DNA of 52,919 bases, filler included, from Perkinsus olseni (Eukaryota), in assembly GCA_013115125.1 (NCBI GenBank). It is 3 parts of 3 records of this genome, joined end to end, with 100 filler letters (N's around TTAATTAATTAA, not from the genome) between each part and the next. Parts side by side here need not be neighbours in the genome. Positions count along the whole stretch, not along the records: positions 1 to 17,624 come from JABANN010000640.1; 2 more parts are not named here. One strand, given 5' to 3'. Shown here piece after piece: positions 1 through 14,998 of this stretch (the first letter of the stretch is position 1; each line of letters starts with the position of its first letter). The notes below the pieces were generated by a model. That model searched no databases, had not been told where the DNA came from, and was given only the letters and a program-made list of their open reading frames with translations. A program made the position numbers and the translations under genes.

Positions 1-2182
1 GGGTAAGCTTCACGATGAGATAGAGGAGATCGGGCACACCCTCGCCGGTGACAGCAGAGGTGGGCACGATGCTCACGTCCCGACGGACGTCATGGTTTTC
101 CCAGTAGACTGCGGTGTTGAGGCCTCGCTCCGCCAACTGTAGCTGGATACGTTTGAGTCGGTCGTCAAACTCATGCTTAACGTAATCCTTCTGAGCCTTG
201 AGACTGTCTCGAGACGGGCGGTTAGCTGATGACCTCCACTGATACAACCTGAAGGATACTCAGAATGATGATGCCAACGATAAAAAGTAGCAAATCGCGG
301 TCAACAATCACACCCTCATACGATTCAACGGAAGAGCTACTACAGGGGAGCCCTGGACGAACACGGGGTCAGCACTACGGCGACTAGGAGTAACCTCCGA
401 GACTTGCGACCATGACACAACCGACACATCCGCTCAAGTGAAGGGTCCTAGAGTCACGCTTCAACCCCCCTCCATTTGCCTAGGCCATCGTACTACCTAT
501 CAATCTTATTCAAGGCGATGATGAAGGGGCACTTCCGGTTCCGCAACAGCTCGAGACTCTCTATGGTCTGGGGCTCGAGGCCATGCATGATGTCAATGAC
601 CAAGATGGCGATGTCACAGAGGGAGCTTCCTCGGACACGCAGATTGTTGAAGGACTCATGGCCGGGTGTATCGATGATAAGCAGACCGGGGAGCTGAAAA
701 CCGGAGCCAGTCAGACGTTTTAACGCGGGGTAAAACAGACTGCAGGACTGCCATAAATATTGGTGGACCTACCTTGAGGTCGACGTTAGCTCCTCGACTG
801 GTGAGATTAACCTTATGGACGGCATCATGCAAGCTTGCTTCGGGGAAGAAGGTTGCGCCAATCTGCTGGGTAATACCGCCAGCCTCGCCTAATGATCAAC
901 CAAAGCGTTGTAAGGATGCGCAGCAGAACCCTGTCTGCTCAGCCTGCACTCACCTTCCTGTACGGTGGTCCGGCGTATCTTGTCCAACAACTTCGTCTTA
1001 CCGGTATCAACATGACCCATGATACAGCAGATAGGGGATCGGAACTCCGAATCGGAGGAGTCGAAAACGGCTAGAGGATCAGCTGCGGCGTATTTGCCTG
1101 AATCCAAAGGAAAAATGCAGTCACTGAAGATCGAACCTGCGCAGTGTTCCACCCATAGGGTCTACAGTCGTGCAGCGTATCCACGCCAATAACACGATGC
1201 ACGCAGAACACCCAACCATTACATACCTTTAACGTCCACCTCCTCCTGCTTCTTCTGCGGCTTGTTCTTGACATGGGTAGGATAGGCCTCGATCTTATCG
1301 TCATCAGAATCCTCATCCAGGAGCTCCCAGTCGTCCACCGACTGCACCAAATAACCACCCTACCGACGACTAGCCCAGCGGCCCAGTGTCCTCACCTCGT
1401 CTCCCGAACCGCTCTTCTTATCAGCATCAGCACTCTCCTCAGCACTTTCCTCCTTCTCCCAATCATCATCGGGCGTCGAAGCGACACTCTCCTCAGCATC
1501 AACATGACTGGGCTGCTTCTTATGCTTGTGACTCTTCTTTTTCCCGTACAAATCGCTCTGCTTCTTCGGCTTGCCAGTACTGCCTTCCTCCGATGCCGCA
1601 GCGGCGGGGAGCTGTCCACTCTCCAGGAGCATCTGTCGGTACCTGCCAAGGCCCTCATGCAAGCCCTCTCCCCCACGATCAGTCTAATACGCATCAGCCT
1701 TAGCCTTCTGCTCCTTCTCCTTCTTCGACAACAGCTTCCCCTCAGCCCTGAGCCTCTCTCGCCGTGCCTTCTTCTCAGCTGCCTTCCGCTCCTTCTCCTC
1801 CTGTTCTTTCCTAGCACGCTCGGCCGCAAGCCGCTCTGAACACATCACATGAGCCTCACCCGCCTGACTCTCTTCCAGCATCACCCTCCTCCTCAGCCTT
1901 CCTCTGTGCCTCCTCCTCAAGACGTTTCCGTTCCTCTTCGGCCTGTCGAGCAGCCTCCAGACGAGCCGCCGCTAGCTTGGCCGCTGCACTCATCTTCTTA
2001 CCACTCTCCTGCAGCAATCAACGCCTGTAGGCAACACCTTCAAGGGACAGTAGTACGTTATCATGGGCTGCCTTCTGAGCGGCAGCCTTGGCCTTCTTCT
2101 TCTCTCTCTTCTTTCTATTAGCTAACGTCTTGGCGTCCATATGGGCCTCCTCCTGATTGGATAACTTCTCCTCGTCAGACAT
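1..2182 (-). CDS. eIF5B: Eukaryotic translation initiation factor 5B (IF2 homologue), multi-exon, runs off the window at its 3' end
   Basis: Spliced translation gives [98 protein letters not shown] and [17 protein letters not shown]. Charged N-terminus begins [12 protein letters not shown] at ATG 2182. Confidence 0.93.
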
Positions 2183-3787
2183 GATTGTAATATGGAACAG
2201 ACACTACGATCTTATCCCCCACTCCCAGTTAACGCCATGACCCCACCTCCGGAAGTCCAACTACGCTTTGCAACGACAGATGACTTTTACCGGGCGATAG
2301 CTCCATTATTTTCGATATTATTTCCGAGCAGTTCACCAGTAGAAATCACACAGTTTACCGATAGAAGAGGCACGAAGGACGGGCTGGACCTTGGGACGCG
2401 GAGACTCCCCGCTAATGCGAGCTGACGATTTTACTCGTGTTAAAACGCCTAGCCGCGGAGAGGATTACTCAGATTTAATCGTTTCGCCTTGTTAGCTTTG
2501 GCTTGTTGTCAATGACGCGGCTCAACCTCTTAGGGAGCCCATCAACATCAAGCCGTCGGGTTGCCCTCCTCAAATCGGCTGACAAATCTTCGGCAATCGG
2601 CTGGCTTTCCTTTATGATTAAACCTTCTCTGACCGCGGCACCGCGCTTATCGCATGAAAGAGTGTCCCGGCATACATCTCGCAGCAACTATTAGGTTGCC
2701 TCTTATGTACACTTGATAGTGCGGGAGGATGTGCAGACCCGCATCACGGTCTATATACTTATTGTGATGGAGAGGGGCACTTGAGTATCTCTCCTTACGA
2801 ATTGCTCATGGAGCCTGTCCTGCACTCGGCGGCCTTCCTCTCAAGAATATTGCTGACGGAACGATAACGCCGTCGATCATATCGCAGCAACCTCCCGAAC
2901 TCCTGCACACCGTGTGAATAGCATGATATCAGACCTTGTCACAGACGAATGATCCGAATAGATGGCAGTTCCGAGCCCGAGGGTGGGCGTGTGGGTTTAT
3001 AGTCCAAGTATGACTGTCCAACGCGGTCGGTGCTATTCGGACCCTGCCTGGTTCACCCAGAGGCGCCAGGATTTCGGCGGCATCAGAATCTGATGCTCAG
3101 ATACCAACAGTATCTTCGAGTGGCAAGCTCCAGCGATCTCATCAACATAGTATTTGTCTTTCCTCTCTCGTACTCTCATGAACAATGAAGAAGCTGCCGT
3201 CGGCCTCGCAATCCAACCCGCCGAAGTTCCACAAGTTGGGCAAAACCCCAAAATTCCTAAAATCGATGCCCTTATCGGCGAAATTCACTTCCTTAATCAT
3301 GAAATTTAACACCTTCGAGGTTCGCCGTTGAAAAGACTTCGCTGTTCGCCAACTTGATGTCCCTATTTCGACCCTACCCGGAAGGGCCTACCGCCAAGTT
3401 GCGGTCTTAACAAGCGCCCCTTAGGCGGCTTCACTCACCGAATAGACTTATGAATGGTATAGTGATAGCACTCTAGAGAAGCACACAGGTGGACTACAAG
3501 GGACGCTAAGCACGGTAACAGCGAAAACAACACGAATTTGAGCTTCGAAGATATATCATCGACAAGACCTCCCAAGAGTTGGCTCATGCAAGCCAAAGCA
3601 TCGCACGAGTGATTGTCAAGGCCTCGGCCGTACAACAGATCAACACGATTGCCGCTGCTGCCAATCATACCGTTCAGGTTTACACGCAAGTCATTTGAGA
3701 ACCGCCCCGAGGGAGCCAGGGAACATCAAGCTCCGGCCTTGCCCACAAGTATTGAGATGTATCGGCTGCTTCCCCAGTCCGTAGTGG

Positions 3788-3890
3788 TAAATCTGGGCGT
3801 GATAAAGATAGCGATAGTGAACGTGGTGGCCGTCATGGTCAGCTAAATCTGGGCGTGATAAAGATAGCGATAGTGAACGTAGTGGCCGTC
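3788..3890. repeat. Tandem duplication, 47-bp core, period 56 bp
   Basis: TAAATCTGGGCGTGATAAAGATAGCGATAGTGAACGT(G/A)GTGGCCGTC at 3788-3834 and 3844-3890, one mismatch. Confidence 0.95.
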
Positions 3891-4163
3891 CTGGGTACCT
3901 GATCGATAGATTACAATTGTCGGTGAAGTTGGCAAGAAAGTCGACTAAGGTGTTACTAGATACGGACTGCTTGCGTTACCATTGCATCTGTAATGTAGCT
4001 TTTTCAAGCTCACGCAGTAGAACAGTGCCTGCTGTGTGAACGACGGCCTCGATTGGAGATTCCATCCTTTACCTCTTCTTTGAGTGACACGAGACGGTAA
4101 ATTCTTCGAGGTAGTTCGAAAATCCTCCAGAAATGGTGCGTGATTGAAGAATGAGTGCAAGGG

Positions 4164-5014
4164 TCACAAGGGAAGATACCGCCACCAAAACCGCAGCGAC
4201 TGGTCAGCGACCAGTGGTCGCAGGCAGTGCTCACTCATCAGCTCCGTAAATCCAACATTCTCATACGCCTTCTTGGCGTTCACATTCCCTGGCTTCACTA
4301 ACAAGTGAGCAGCAACGATCTTTGGCCACTTCTCTCTCATCTGGGAGAAGACAAGACTGCTGCTGTTGACCAAAGTAACGAATAGCGCCCTACGTGTTTG
4401 AGCCACTCTGACACCATCCGGGTGCCTACTCCCTGATTCTGTGAACTCGGCAGCACTTGGACGTCCGAGATGTACCCGATATCTCCGTTTCTCTTTTTCT
4501 TTGGTCTAAGACAGACGCGGTTTTCGACTTGGCAGCTACAGGGAGCTGTACATTTTCAAGAACGTGTGCATGCCGGAAGCACCGTCTCCGGTCATCAGAG
4601 AATAATGGAGGAAGCCCACCACTTCCTGAAGGCACAGACGATGTACCATTGACATGAGCTCGAATGGACGATCCCTTCAGAGTACCAACATGAAGCTCGG
4701 GAGGTGTTCAGGGAAGTGAGCCCGAAAGGGTTAGTGGAAAGCCGGATAAGGGATCGCAACGACTTGCTTACGGTCGCGTTGTTGGTCATGTTAACAGCGA
4801 GGAAGCATTCTGAGGGGTTTTCTGGGCAATATTCGGTACCAACTTCCCCAGGCAATGGTTCCCTGTAGATTATCCCAGAGGGTGGCGGCTTTCTAGTGTG
4901 AAGAGGAGGAGATGCTAACAGCCTCCTTGCAGTAACGCAAGCTACTGTATTAACGAGGAGGGCGATGGATGGTATGATGATATCGACACTAAACTGTACA
5001 AGAACAGCGGTCAT
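4164..5014 (-). CDS. GNAT-family acetyltransferase-like protein with hydrophobic N-terminus, multi-exon (ends approximate)
   Basis: Minus-strand exons encode GDIGYISDVQVLPSSQNQGVGTRM (acetyl-CoA motif A, Q/RxxGxG) and LLVKPGNVNAKKAYENVGF (motif B-like NxxAxxxYxxxGF). Confidence 0.6.
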
Positions 5015-5421
5015 GTTCCATCCCACCCAATCCCATGTCCCACAGTAAACTGTAAACAGAGCTTATCAGACGATTATACTCGGGATACGACCTCGGAGCC
5101 GGATTTATTTACGCACCCTTAATCGTCGTAATTTGTCTCGTTCCTAGCCTGGTGGTGGTGTTCGAACGGGATACTGCGTTTGAATGACATAATTCTACTA
5201 CAGCCACCAACGCGAAGAGTGGAAACTACTCCACCTTCCACACGCGTGCTCTCCCCCCGCTGCTGTTCACATGCCTTAATGCTCACCTTCTAAAGTGAGC
5301 AGCGCCCAGTTAGCCATACCATGGGACATCATGACAGGACCCATCCTACCTGGGAGCATCCTCCCGAGACCTGCAGGGTTTTGCACGCAATATTCATCGC
5401 CTAGTTGTTTAGTCCTTGTCA

Positions 5422-8400
5422 ATGTCATCATCGGTTACGACCAAGAAGGCCCAGTCGGTCTCTACACCGACCACAGCGTCCAATGCCGCCTCTCATGGCA
5501 GTGTGAACCCCACAGGATCGACCAAAGATTCCAAGATCCCATCTGATAGGCCAGCGACGGTCGCCACCGCCGAAGGCTCCGAGGAAGAGCAGCCATGGCA
5601 TGTCGACTGGAGCCGCGTCTTCGACATTTACAACATCATGAGGTTCCTGATTAAGAACTTCATCATCAAAGTCTTCTATTCACGGATATCATATGTTGGA
5701 CGACATCATATTCCCCCAAAGGGCGAGGCGGTCATCTTCGTCTCGAATCACCCCAATCAGTTCGTTGACGGTGGCAACATCATTGCCGCCGTGCATAGTA
5801 GAAAGATACGCTTCATCACTGCGGCTAAGTCGATGAGGAGACCTGTTATTGGACCGCTGGCCAAATCGTTTGGAGCGGTGAGAATGGAGATTTCCAACGC
5901 TCATTGCTAGGAGGGAATGCCCGCTCAGGTGCCTGTAGAAAGGTCTCAGGACTTGGCGTATGAAGGCAATGGTACAATTACTACCAGCGCTGGTAAGTGG
6001 AAGATTGCGCTGCGAAATTGGAGGCGATTTTATGAGTGTCTTTAGATTCTGATGGCAAGACTGTTGTTAAGGTTGCAGGAGGTTCTTTTGATGGCTTAGC
6101 AAAGGGAACAAAGCTCAAGACCAAGAATCATCTTCTACCCATCGTTCGTGTTATCGATGGTAATACCCTCACTGTCGGCCCCTAGGTTTGGGCGTGGCAG
6201 CCTGCGGTTCCTCAGATACAACTGCGGAGATACGCGAGCCTGTCGAGATCAAGGACCCCACCACGTACAAGATATGGCCGAAGTTGGACCAGCATCTCAT
6301 GTACGGCCATTGCCCTCAGCTGAGGTGCTCCTCTCGACTGTCCTGTCAGGTACGCGAATGTGTATAAGAATCTTGCGGAGGGTAAGGCTATTGGTATCTT
6401 CCCTGAAGGAGGCTCTCACGATAACGTTGGAAGGCTGCTTGAGCTCAAGCCCGGCGTTGCTATCATGACGCTCGGAGCTCTTGCTAGTCCGAAGTACAAC
6501 ATCAAGCGTATTACTATTGTAATATTGAACTCGGGATGATTGCTTCGCTCCGCTGATGGATTGTATTATACAGGTCCCCATTGGTCTCAACTACTTCGAA
6601 CCGTATCGCTTCCGGTCCTCTCTTATTTGCGAGTTCGGCCGTCCTGTTGTCGTCGAGAAAGATTCTGATTTGTTCCGGGAGTACGTCAATCCCGACACCA
6701 AACGCCAGGCGGTGAGCTCGCTGATGCACGACATAGAGACCGCTATGCTGGGTTGCATCATACCAGCGGACAGCTATGATACTCTGCAGGCGATACAGAC
6801 TGCCACCAAGCTGTATATGGGTAGTACTGCGTAGGGCTGCTGTGTGCCTTTCACGCCGCCCTATTGGGCCTGCCTACTGATTGTGGATTCATCCGCGGTG
6901 GTGTGGTATTGGACGCTGGCCTTAGGTCCTATGAGTGCTAAGATAACCACTGGCGAGAAGATGGAGATTTCTAAGCGTATGTCTAGAATTATGAACTCGA
7001 CCTATATGGAAGAAGATGAGAAACTGCGCCTGTTGAAGGACCAAATTGAAGATTACAATCGTAATAAGACAGTCTGTGATTAGGGGAGGGAGCGGTAGGG
7101 ACTTCTGCTAGGTTATATAATATAAATACCGCATCGTATACGTTCTATCAATCCTATTGTAATCATTAACATCGATTCATTCCCTAAAAGATCGTAAATC
7201 AATCATTATCATTATATGCTTTCGCGTACCATTTTATCGCTATAGATTATTGTACTACTTTCAGAGGAGCTTCGCACCAATCATATCAGAGACAGAGATG
7301 TCCAGAATATCCAACCGCAGAGTATAGGGCTGTTCCAGGAGGCCATGTGGTACATCAAGCATGTTGCTATTGTAAGACACGAGTTGGTGGAAAGTTGGTA
7401 TTAGCTATTACCTTCTCAGGTGCTCTTGTCCATGTTTATTGCTGTACCGTCATTAATGCTGTTCGCGCCGGTAGCGATGATTTGCCAGAACCTATCGTTG
7501 AAGGAGAAGTCCCGTGCCTTGGCAGCTAGTAAGTGGAAGCGCTGTTGATGATAATCCTGATGAGTGCTCCAACCGTGCCAGGTTCGGTAAAGTACAAGGC
7601 CTTCGATGTTGTTGCCTCCTATAAGATCATGGTGGCGATTGTTATCGTCCCGATGTAAGCCGCTCGATGCCTTTGAGTACAGATTTCGATCGCACGGCGT
7701 CAGATACAATCTGCTGCTGTCCATCATACTGGTCAAGATGGTGCCCTTCTTCTCCTTCATCTCACTACCCTTCGTCTACTTCGTCTTCACACCGATAGTG
7801 CAGTACCTTGCTGTCATTGCTTCGGACGCATTTGTGGGGAACATCAAGAGGATAGCTAGGAGAGTTAGAATCTATAAGAAGGTACTGCGGCTACGTTTGA
7901 GAAACATCAGCTCAGCTATGAATATTGGTCTCATACCAGATTTCGCCTAACTCACCTTCGAGTGGTGATTGTGATTGCTTTTCCTGTAGGGTCGCCGTAC
8001 TCTTCGAGAGCAGCGCAATCGTCTAGTGCGCAAGCTTCGAATAGCCGTCAACGAGTATGGACCGAAGGTGCTTGGGCCAGACTTCGAGGTGAAGCGTATT
8101 CTGAAGAACGATGATGTGGAGAACATCGACGCCACACAAGTGTCAAGTCTGGCGTCCACGGCAAGGAGCTACCTCGGATCCGTCAAACAGGACTTGCATG
8201 ATTTTGATGTGGACGTGGTAAGGCACATCGTCCAGCTTTTCTCTTATGCAACATCACCTCCCACTGGTGGCTGCCTCCCCCCTATTGTCATTTCTGTTTG
8301 AGGATTGCTCATGTTTTCAATACTGCTCGCTTTGTTTGGTGCTTGAACGAGGGCAGTAGTGCATCGCTCCGCTGTTCAGATTCCGGAAGATTTGGTCGAG

Positions 8401-8463
8401 ATCATATCATCAGTATTCTCCACTGCTGGCCACGCCGTCAGACGCGAGGTTTCAATGAAGTAG
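5422..8463 (+). CDS. Glycerol-3-phosphate/DHAP O-acyltransferase (fungal Sct1/Gpt2-like), multi-exon
   Basis: Acyltransferase motifs NHPNQFVDG, GAV|PVERSQD, IGIFPEGGSHD, VPIGLNYF and EFGRP; C-terminal TM segments; last exon ends REVSMK* at 8461-8463. Confidence 0.88.
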
Positions 8464-8650
8464 ATGCGCAGAGGCGGCGTACCACATCTTCGCCAAATCA
8501 TTGCTGCATCCCCCTTCCCCTGAGTAGCCGTTACCATTGTTTTACTCATCACCGTTGGCTTTAACCAGGGTTTTCCTTTGTATCGAATGCTCGTTGCGTT
8601 TGCGTTTAGTGTATTCAATCCCTCACGACCTCCGCAGTAATGGCATTCCT

Positions 8651-9893
8651 ATGAAGCTCCCACTACTTCGGTGCTTGTTTGCTATGTGGGCGGTGTCCGT
8701 TGTCACAGCATCAGAACCTGGCAACTGTTCGATCGCTGCGGCACGGTATGGTTTGACGGACTTCCCTGAGTTTTCGGTGGACCGTTCACAATCGTCGGAG
8801 CCTCTTAGCTTTTGCGAGGATTATAATGGTAGGGAGCTCGCACTTGTCATTGCGAACCTGTACCCAGCAGGCTGGGCGAATTGGGCTAGCCCTGGCGTTT
8901 GTCTAGCGTGGCTGATGCTGTTGCCTTACTCGTTGTGATGTCTTCGCCAGAACTGTACTCGCGTACACCGCAACAGAATAGCTAGGGTGAAATAGAGGAA
9001 CACGGAGTTACATCGCACACTACTCAAGGCAGGGTCATCACGGCGTCTTCATTCTCACTCTCTGTGCCTTGTGAGATCATCTGCCACAGAATTGGATAGG
9101 GGCGAACGACCTTACGGTCGATAGTCACCCAGCAGGATTATTGTTCGCATACCGCTCTTCGCCTTCTTTTCAGCAAATACGTGCTGTGGCCTGCGGGATG
9201 ATATTCGGATCCGATCGCGCTTCGTCAGCCTGGTGGCTAAGGCTGTGGGGACGGGTGAAGGCGTCAGCGTTAAGTGCGCCGATATGCTTCGCAAGGTGAA
9301 CTCCTATCCCCTGACCGCGCGCCACGAAATTGTGGGTTCAGGTCGCCTGTCTGCCCTGTGATGGCCACCTCGCCACTCAATCGAAGCTGCCATCAATCTG
9401 CAGATCCTTCTGCGACTCCTGGTTCGATTCCTGCCGAGGGGATTTCTTCACGGTCGTTAGTAGCGGCAACCGACTGGATCTCTGCGACCCGAAGTCCAGT
9501 CTGATATGCTCTCGCCTGGACGAGATAGTATCGGATTCGACAGAGCTGTGCGAACGGTCAGGCGTAGGCCAAGTGCTGGGGATTGACGGCGATGAGGATG
9601 AGGCCGATGGTGACTTAGAGTGCTTCGATGCTCAGCCTAGTCCTGAGCGCGCCAGTAGCATCGCTTGGCAGCCGGCAGCGCCAAGCGGGGGCTACGACGA
9701 GGTCTATCGATGGCTTCGAGGGAACTCGAAGGTCTTCGTCTTGGCAGCTTTTGGCCTGCTGTTGGTGGTTGCGAAGATGTACACGAAGATATATAGTAGA
9801 GGAGGTCGAAGGCGGGAAGATACGAGGTTGAAAGATGCTCGAAAAGATTTCCTGGAGCGATGGCAGCGTCAACGTGACAATAAGATTGACTAG
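8651..9893 (+). CDS. Folate-receptor-family Cys-rich secreted/type I membrane protein
   Basis: Signal peptide MKLPLLRCLFAMWAVSVVTA; Cys pattern FCEDYN..TCC..KC..VACLPCD..ICRSFCDSWFDSCRGDFF..LC..ICS..ELC..ECF; C-terminal TM helix. Confidence 0.7.
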
Positions 9894-11263
9894 CCCTGTT
9901 TGTATCATTCATTCACTCCCTGTTTTCCTTCATCAATCGAGAACGGTTTTTTCTTGTGAATTCATTTTTGGGCGAGCGCGATCTTAAATGCGCCGTTCTC
10001 GGGTCTTGCACGAAAAGCGCATGTTGATATGACAGAGGTGGTGGTGGTTGAAGCGAGTCTTAGGTCGATGTCCGTCGCAGGAACGTCCGTTTGTTTGATA
10101 ACCGCATGACGACTCTGTCTAGCGCGGCGTATCGTGTGGGAGGGGAGCAGGTATCGACTTCGGTCTTCGCCTTCCATCGAGGAATGCATCCTTAGGGGTC
10201 CGAGTCAATGCCAACCGCAGCTGCAGCAGCGCATAGGACCATACCACCACCCTACATGATGAGACATAGATTACCCCCGGGCTGGGACATTCGGGTGAGG
10301 AGGAGAGAGAGAGGGCGGAGCGAAGGTGAAATATTGGATTAGGAATCCACTTCAAGGCCAGGAAAGTTCTATTACTTTAACGTCCATACGCAGCAGGGCC
10401 AGTGGGAGTTCCCTTCGGTGGAGATGCTGCCCCCGAGTAGCGCTGACTCATCATCTCAGTCGTCAGCACGGTCTTTCAGCGAGAAGGAAGAATTCTTTTG
10501 GTTACCGTCCGCATGACCAGGAAACCGCTCATGTATTGCATATACTGAAGAAGCACAGAGGGGTAATCAATACATCGTTCGTGCAGTCTGGGTCCCCGGA
10601 CGTAGTAGTAGTCGTGGTGGTGTCGGTCTTCGAATATAGTACTGAATAGACGTGGTGATGCTGTAGTCCCGGAAGCCACGATCGTGGAGGATTGACGGCG
10701 AGATAACAACCCCTGTCGAGGAGGCGATGAAGGTAGTAAAGACGTCGGGGCGTGGTGATGGCGTCAACGCCTGATGTCAGGAATTAGCGTTGATAAGGGA
10801 AGAGGTGATGAGACAAGAACCAAGAGGACTTGCTGCTATGACTAAGTGCTTTAAGGACAACGCTAGGATAGAGAGCGACTGTGGTACAGCTAAGCGAGGT
10901 AATCCGTCGTGTGCAGTAGTCGACCTCAAGATTCTCAAGTTGCAGGAGGGGATCTGGGCGAGATCGCTCGCGGGAGGATGCAGCCATCCTTCGAGAAGGT
11001 GGCCTTCGCCTTGTCCCCTGGAACACTGAGTCCCATCATACACACGGAGTCTGGGGTGGGTCGTCGGAGTAGGGCCATCCTCGGAGGAGACGTCCGCCTC
11101 CTGCAGGTGCATCTGATACTCCGATTAAAGTAGCTATAAAGTAAATGCATGTGTAAGGCGTCAAAGACTTGTTGTTCTTGGATATCATCATCATCATTGC
11201 TGTTGTCCTTTACGGATCATCCTCTATCGCCCTCCCACTTGGGAGGGCTCCCACTGGCAGTAC

Positions 11264-11293
<30 letters not shown>
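11264..11293. repeat. (CAT)10 microsatellite
   Basis: Directly visible. Confidence 0.95.
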
Positions 11294-11295
<2 letters not shown>

Positions 11296-12273
11296 CCGGC
11301 TAGCTGATGACCTCTATGTACTTAGTAAAGCAAGTCTTGCTGCTTCTCCGCGTGGAGAAGAACGCTCTCTCAATGGCCAGCATCATCCTCTTTTGTATCT
11401 ATCTACTATGTAGAATCCTAAGAGGTTGATGGAAGCTGGATGATGCGGTTTGGAGGGGAGTCCCTGTCCAATTCTTTGACCCTTATTATTTCCCATTACT
11501 ACTGCTGCCTCTCCTGCCGCTGCCGCCGCTGCTGCTGCTGTGCATACCCCTGGGGTCGGACTTCTTATTATCGGTCACCCCGTTGGACGGTGATATTATC
11601 ATTATCCATGTCTAGTCAGTAACTGTCCTTCTTATGCTTGGCACAGTGTAGAGGATAAACGTTATCATTATTATCGTCATCATCACCATAGTATTGCTTT
11701 TGACTTGACTCTTCCTGCGAGTGGTAGTATAGCAGAGTCGCCGCCGGCTGGTACTGGCAGCGCAGTCCTGCTGGTACTACTACCATCATCAGTAAAGGCA
11801 GGGACTCGATTGGCCTTAGATATTGCATATAGCGCATAGTGAATCAACCAGATATAGGTTTGATTGTTGATTGTTGATTCTGCCACTGCCCCTGATTCTG
11901 TGAGATGACCTCTTATCGTTATCATCATCGTTATGGAGAAGCACTCTATTGTAATGGCTATCCCGCGTAATGGAGGCAGTCATTCGTCTCATGAGAAATA
12001 TCCTTATCATCACCATGGGACTCCCGCCTCGCATGGTGACTATGAGACTCTAGGCTGCTGCTGCTGCTGTGTCTCCGACAGAAAGCACTACGTGGGCATT
12101 GTTGGCAGATGATGATGATGATGAAGGAGGAGGAGGAAGATCATCCAATCAGCACTTTCGGTTGCATGAAATTCGATTGAGCCTTGCGTTATGGATACTC
12201 GGAAGGGTTTTATGTTGGGCTATAGGGGTTGGTTGCTGTTTTGGCGACATAGCCATAGCCACGGCGCTGCTGA

Positions 12274-14942
<2,669 letters not shown>

Positions 14943-14998
14943 CCACTCTGTATACTTGCCGTTAGACAGTCATGGCTTCCATTGGACCATGTTGACCG

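Noticed and set aside
2200-3700. Short ORFs, two containing PPKSW on opposite strands
   Set aside because: No DNA similarity between them and no recognisable domain; treated as coincidence.
7090-7264. AT-rich island in a GPAT intron
   Set aside because: Low-complexity ATC/ATT-rich sequence with no recognisable boxes, terminal repeats or structure.
9416-9436. B-box-like CCTGGTTCGATTCCTG
   Set aside because: Falls in conserved coding sequence (DSWFDSC) of the folate-receptor-like gene; coincidental.
9960-12260. Low-complexity region with many short ORFs
   Set aside because: May hide a minus-strand gene, but I could not build a consistent spliced frame or recognise a domain.
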